The position numbers and the translations under genes are program-made. Below, one piece after another: positions 63,228 through 64,000 of a stretch of DNA of 64,000 nt (position 1 is the stretch's first letter; every line of letters starts with the position of its first letter). The notes under the pieces are model-generated. The model saw only the letters and a list, made by a program, of their open reading frames with translations. It did no database searches and was not told the origin of the DNA. This DNA is from a phage: sequence record PZ496580.1, one strand, 5' to 3'.

Positions 63228-64000
63228 ATGGCACAAGTTCCAAAGAAAAGAATAGACACAGGTACTGTCGGCAATCCATCGACTGGCGATATCTTATATG
63301 ATGGCGGTAATAAAATTAACGATAACTTTGATTCAATATATGACGCATTTGCTGATCAGCGGTTTAAAGACGTAGACCACGGCGTAGGAAGAATGGTTAT
63401 TCATGCAACCGGATACTATCAGAAACATCCACGTCAAAGCTACGCTGGTTCCGCTGTTGAGATTGGGAGTCTACACGATATCGATACAACTCAAGGCGCA
63501 CTTATTGCTATTCTACCTAAAGCAAAGGTTGGTGAGGGTGTTGTATTCATAAATAGTAACGGTAGCCTTTCAACGACGACACCGCTCAATATTCGAACTC
63601 AAGCAGGTGATTCTATTAGCGGGTATTCCGGTGATGCTACAATAACACAACCATTTTCAAAAGTCACTGTTTGGTGTACTGCCGTTGAAGGTAGTCGCGT
63701 AACATGGCGATTGGGTATCGAAAGTATGTTTACCGATACAACAACGCCATTAGATAAAACAGTTAACGTAACTGGAGTAGCAACAAACGTTGCTATTGCC
63801 GCAAAAACAGAATACGTTTCCATCAAATTATTAACTACCGCTAGCAATACATCCGGTTCAAAAATGCGTTCAAGTGAAACGCTACTGATGATTGATTCTA
63901 AAGCCGGAAAAGTTTATGCGACGGAATATGCAGTTTTGCAGAAGACAGAAGATGAACTATACACGGTTCGTTATTTCATCGGTTCCGGCGATAAAGTATA
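63228..64000 (+). CDS. 9: baseplate wedge / tail-fibre connector gp9 (partial, runs off window end)
   Basis: colinear with T4 gp9 (KKRIDTGTVGNPSTGDILYDGGNKIN, IHATGYYQKH, FINSNGS, EYAV). Confidence 0.85.
   Translation, partial: MAQVPKKRIDTGTVGNPSTGDILYDGGNKINDNFDSIYDAFADQRFKDVDHGVGRMVIHATGYYQKHPRQSYAGSAVEIGSLHDIDTTQGALIAILPKAKVGEGVVFINSNGSLSTTTPLNIRTQAGDSISGYSGDATITQPFSKVTVWCTAVEGSRVTWRLGIESMFTDTTTPLDKTVNVTGVATNVAIAAKTEYVSIKLLTTASNTSGSKMRSSETLLMIDSKAGKVYATEYAVLQKTEDELYTVRYFIGSGDKV

Overview
This window is a contiguous segment of a T4-like (Tevenvirinae-type) myovirus genome. Bases 1-50584 are a densely packed, almost entirely minus-strand early/middle region with the conserved T4 replication-recombination module in T4 order (uvsX, 43 DNA polymerase, regA, 62, 44, 45, 46, 47, 55, nrdH/nrdG/nrdD, 49 endonuclease VII, nrdC, tk, regB, 57B/57A, 1, 3). 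From about 50.7 kb the late morphogenesis block follows (2, 4 on minus; 53, 5, 5.4, 6, 7, 8, 9 on plus). No rRNA, tRNA or CRISPR array was found. The cytosine-modification genes that sit between uvsX and 43 in T4 (beta-gt, 42) are absent, so this is probably a phage with unmodified cytosine; a Dam-type methyltransferase is present but next to nrdC. Between the conserved genes lie accessory islands: an HNH-AP2 homing endonuclease, a large family of tandem paralogous ORFs around nrdG/nrdD, a 489-aa P-loop protein, a Dps-like ferritin, a 715-aa Ig-like protein, a macro-domain protein, a Pol-beta-type nucleotidyltransferase, a GrcA-like glycyl-radical cofactor, an M15 peptidase with tandem small membrane proteins, a 2H phosphoesterase (Acb1-like), and an early-promoter-driven methyltransferase cassette inserted between baseplate genes 8 and 9. 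A roughly 75-bp promoter-leader-RBS cassette (TTGACA-N17-CATAAT ... AGGAGAATCAAAATG) recurs many times on the minus strand, often directly after an intrinsic terminator. All calls rest on motif recognition and recalled similarity to T4 proteins; no database search was run.
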